Source: Schmidtea nova
Lineage: Eukaryota
Length of the DNA: 64,000 nt
NCBI GenBank assembly: GCA_044892505.1
Contig: CM097883.1
Span: 242,234,001 to 242,298,000 of the forward strand
Direction of reading: 5' to 3'
Part shown: in pieces, positions 63,008 through 64,000 of the stretch
How the letters are laid out: each line of letters opens with the position of its first letter
Position numbering within the stretch: position 1 is the first letter of the stretch
Notes under the pieces: generated by a model
What the model saw: the letters and a program-made list of their open reading frames with translations, nothing else
Databases searched by the model: none
Told to the model about the DNA's origin: nothing
Translations under genes and position numbers: made by a program

Positions 63008-63113
63008 GAGTCGTTTTCGGATTCTGGGTTTTTTACATTCAACATTTTATCTTTATTCTCTCATGATTAATTGTTTAGTTTTCACCATTATCCGTTCCTT
63101 CATCAACCCAACA

Positions 63114-63450
63114 AATGGTTTTTCTTTAATTATGACAATATCTAAATTTATTGCTAATTTTAGAAGTTCTATAAAGTCTTGTTTAGTTAAGCCTGCGATG
63201 TCAGTGTTGGCTTTATGAGTTTCAAAGAAAGAAACTGCGATGTCACAAATATTATTCTTTCCGTGAAGAGGAATAGATCCGTAAAGATTGGAAACATCAA
63301 AAGATCCCCAGGAGTACTGTTGTCCTGCGTTTAACGGAAGAGAGGTATTTGTAATTTCAGAGACAAATTTAGTTGTGTTTTTAAGATGACTAAAACCAAA
63401 TTCAAAAGTGTTTGCAATCAAACAACGTTTTCTCTTTTGAGATGCCTCTT
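63114..63450 (-). pseudogene. Penelope-like element, RT N-half
   Basis: HLKNTTKFV..SFDVSNLYGSIP..FIELLKLA..IIKEKP. Confidence 0.88.
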
Positions 63451-64000
63451 TTCTATCTTTTTCTCTATCTTGATTGACTATAAATTGTTTTTTTATGCCT
63501 ACTATGTCAGTGCTTGTAAAATGCTTTACTCTGTATTACCTTGTTTTCGTTAATTTTAAAGTATTTAATTGTCGTGCGTGTGTTTATTTTGATGCTTTTA
63601 AACAATCAGAAATTCTATTTCTGTCAACCAAACATTTCTTACAATTTCAATTAATTTTTCGTATTTCTAAAATTTAGTTCAATTACAGATTTATAAATTA
63701 TTTAAATATTTATTCTAAATTATAAATTTTTAAAAACTATTAATTTTACACAATGCCAACAAAACTTAATTACCTTTAACTTTTCAATTATCCAATTTTC
63801 CAATTTCTAAAATTTGTTTATCTCATATATTGTAAATAGGAAAACTTTCAAATTACTTTCACCGCTAATAATGTAACGTTGAAAATATTTATTTATTTCC
63901 ATATTAATTACCAATGCTAATAGTGTTATTTTTTATAGAAAATGAGTAATTCAAATGGTGAAAATAATGTTTATCACAAATTAGCTACTCCGATGGTGTT

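Larger units (their letters stand above)
58635..63113 (-). mobile_element. 4479-bp LTR-like insertion (TGTTGG...CCAACA) with orphan cargo genes
   Basis: 4-bp TSD AATG (58631-34, 63114-17); removing it restores the Penelope RT reading KEKP|FKQ; no RT, IN or transposase inside. Confidence 0.8.

Noticed and set aside
1-64000. Alternative genetic code explaining in-frame stops
   Set aside because: All three stop types and many frameshifts occur, and genes also end at TAA/TGA; decay is the simpler explanation

Overview
Very AT-rich eukaryotic (animal-like) genomic window with four assembly gaps (~11355-11512, 34350-34478, 34647-34951, 35526-35735) and no intact host gene that I can support. It is a nest of mobile DNA. 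There are three Polinton/Maverick (adintovirus-like) remnants: A at 1-4830 (pPolB with a probable C-terminal HNH extension, fiber, protease, penton), B at ~27168-33300 (near full-length EndoVII-type pPolB) and C at ~38206-47935 (pPolB tail, TBP-like gene, ATPase, integrase, two pentons, core protein, major capsid, protease). It also holds a Merlin transposon, a pogo-like derivative, two hAT MITEs, a decayed Ty3/gypsy pol and two Penelope-like fragments. Host gene scraps (SMC2, beta-tubulin, DEAD-box helicase, eEF2, GOSR2/membrin) are present, three of them inside a TIR-bounded Pack-type element. Two items stand out. (i) A full-length, recently inserted Ty3/gypsy element (51067-57455) whose ORF1 starts in the LTR and reads TM - Ig-like ectodomain - TM - ubiquitin-like domain ending in Gly-Gly - Gag. 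(ii) A 4.5-kb TG...CA insertion with a 4-bp TSD (58635-63113) that splits a Penelope RT and carries only orphan genes. All protein assignments come from motif recognition by eye; no database searches were run.
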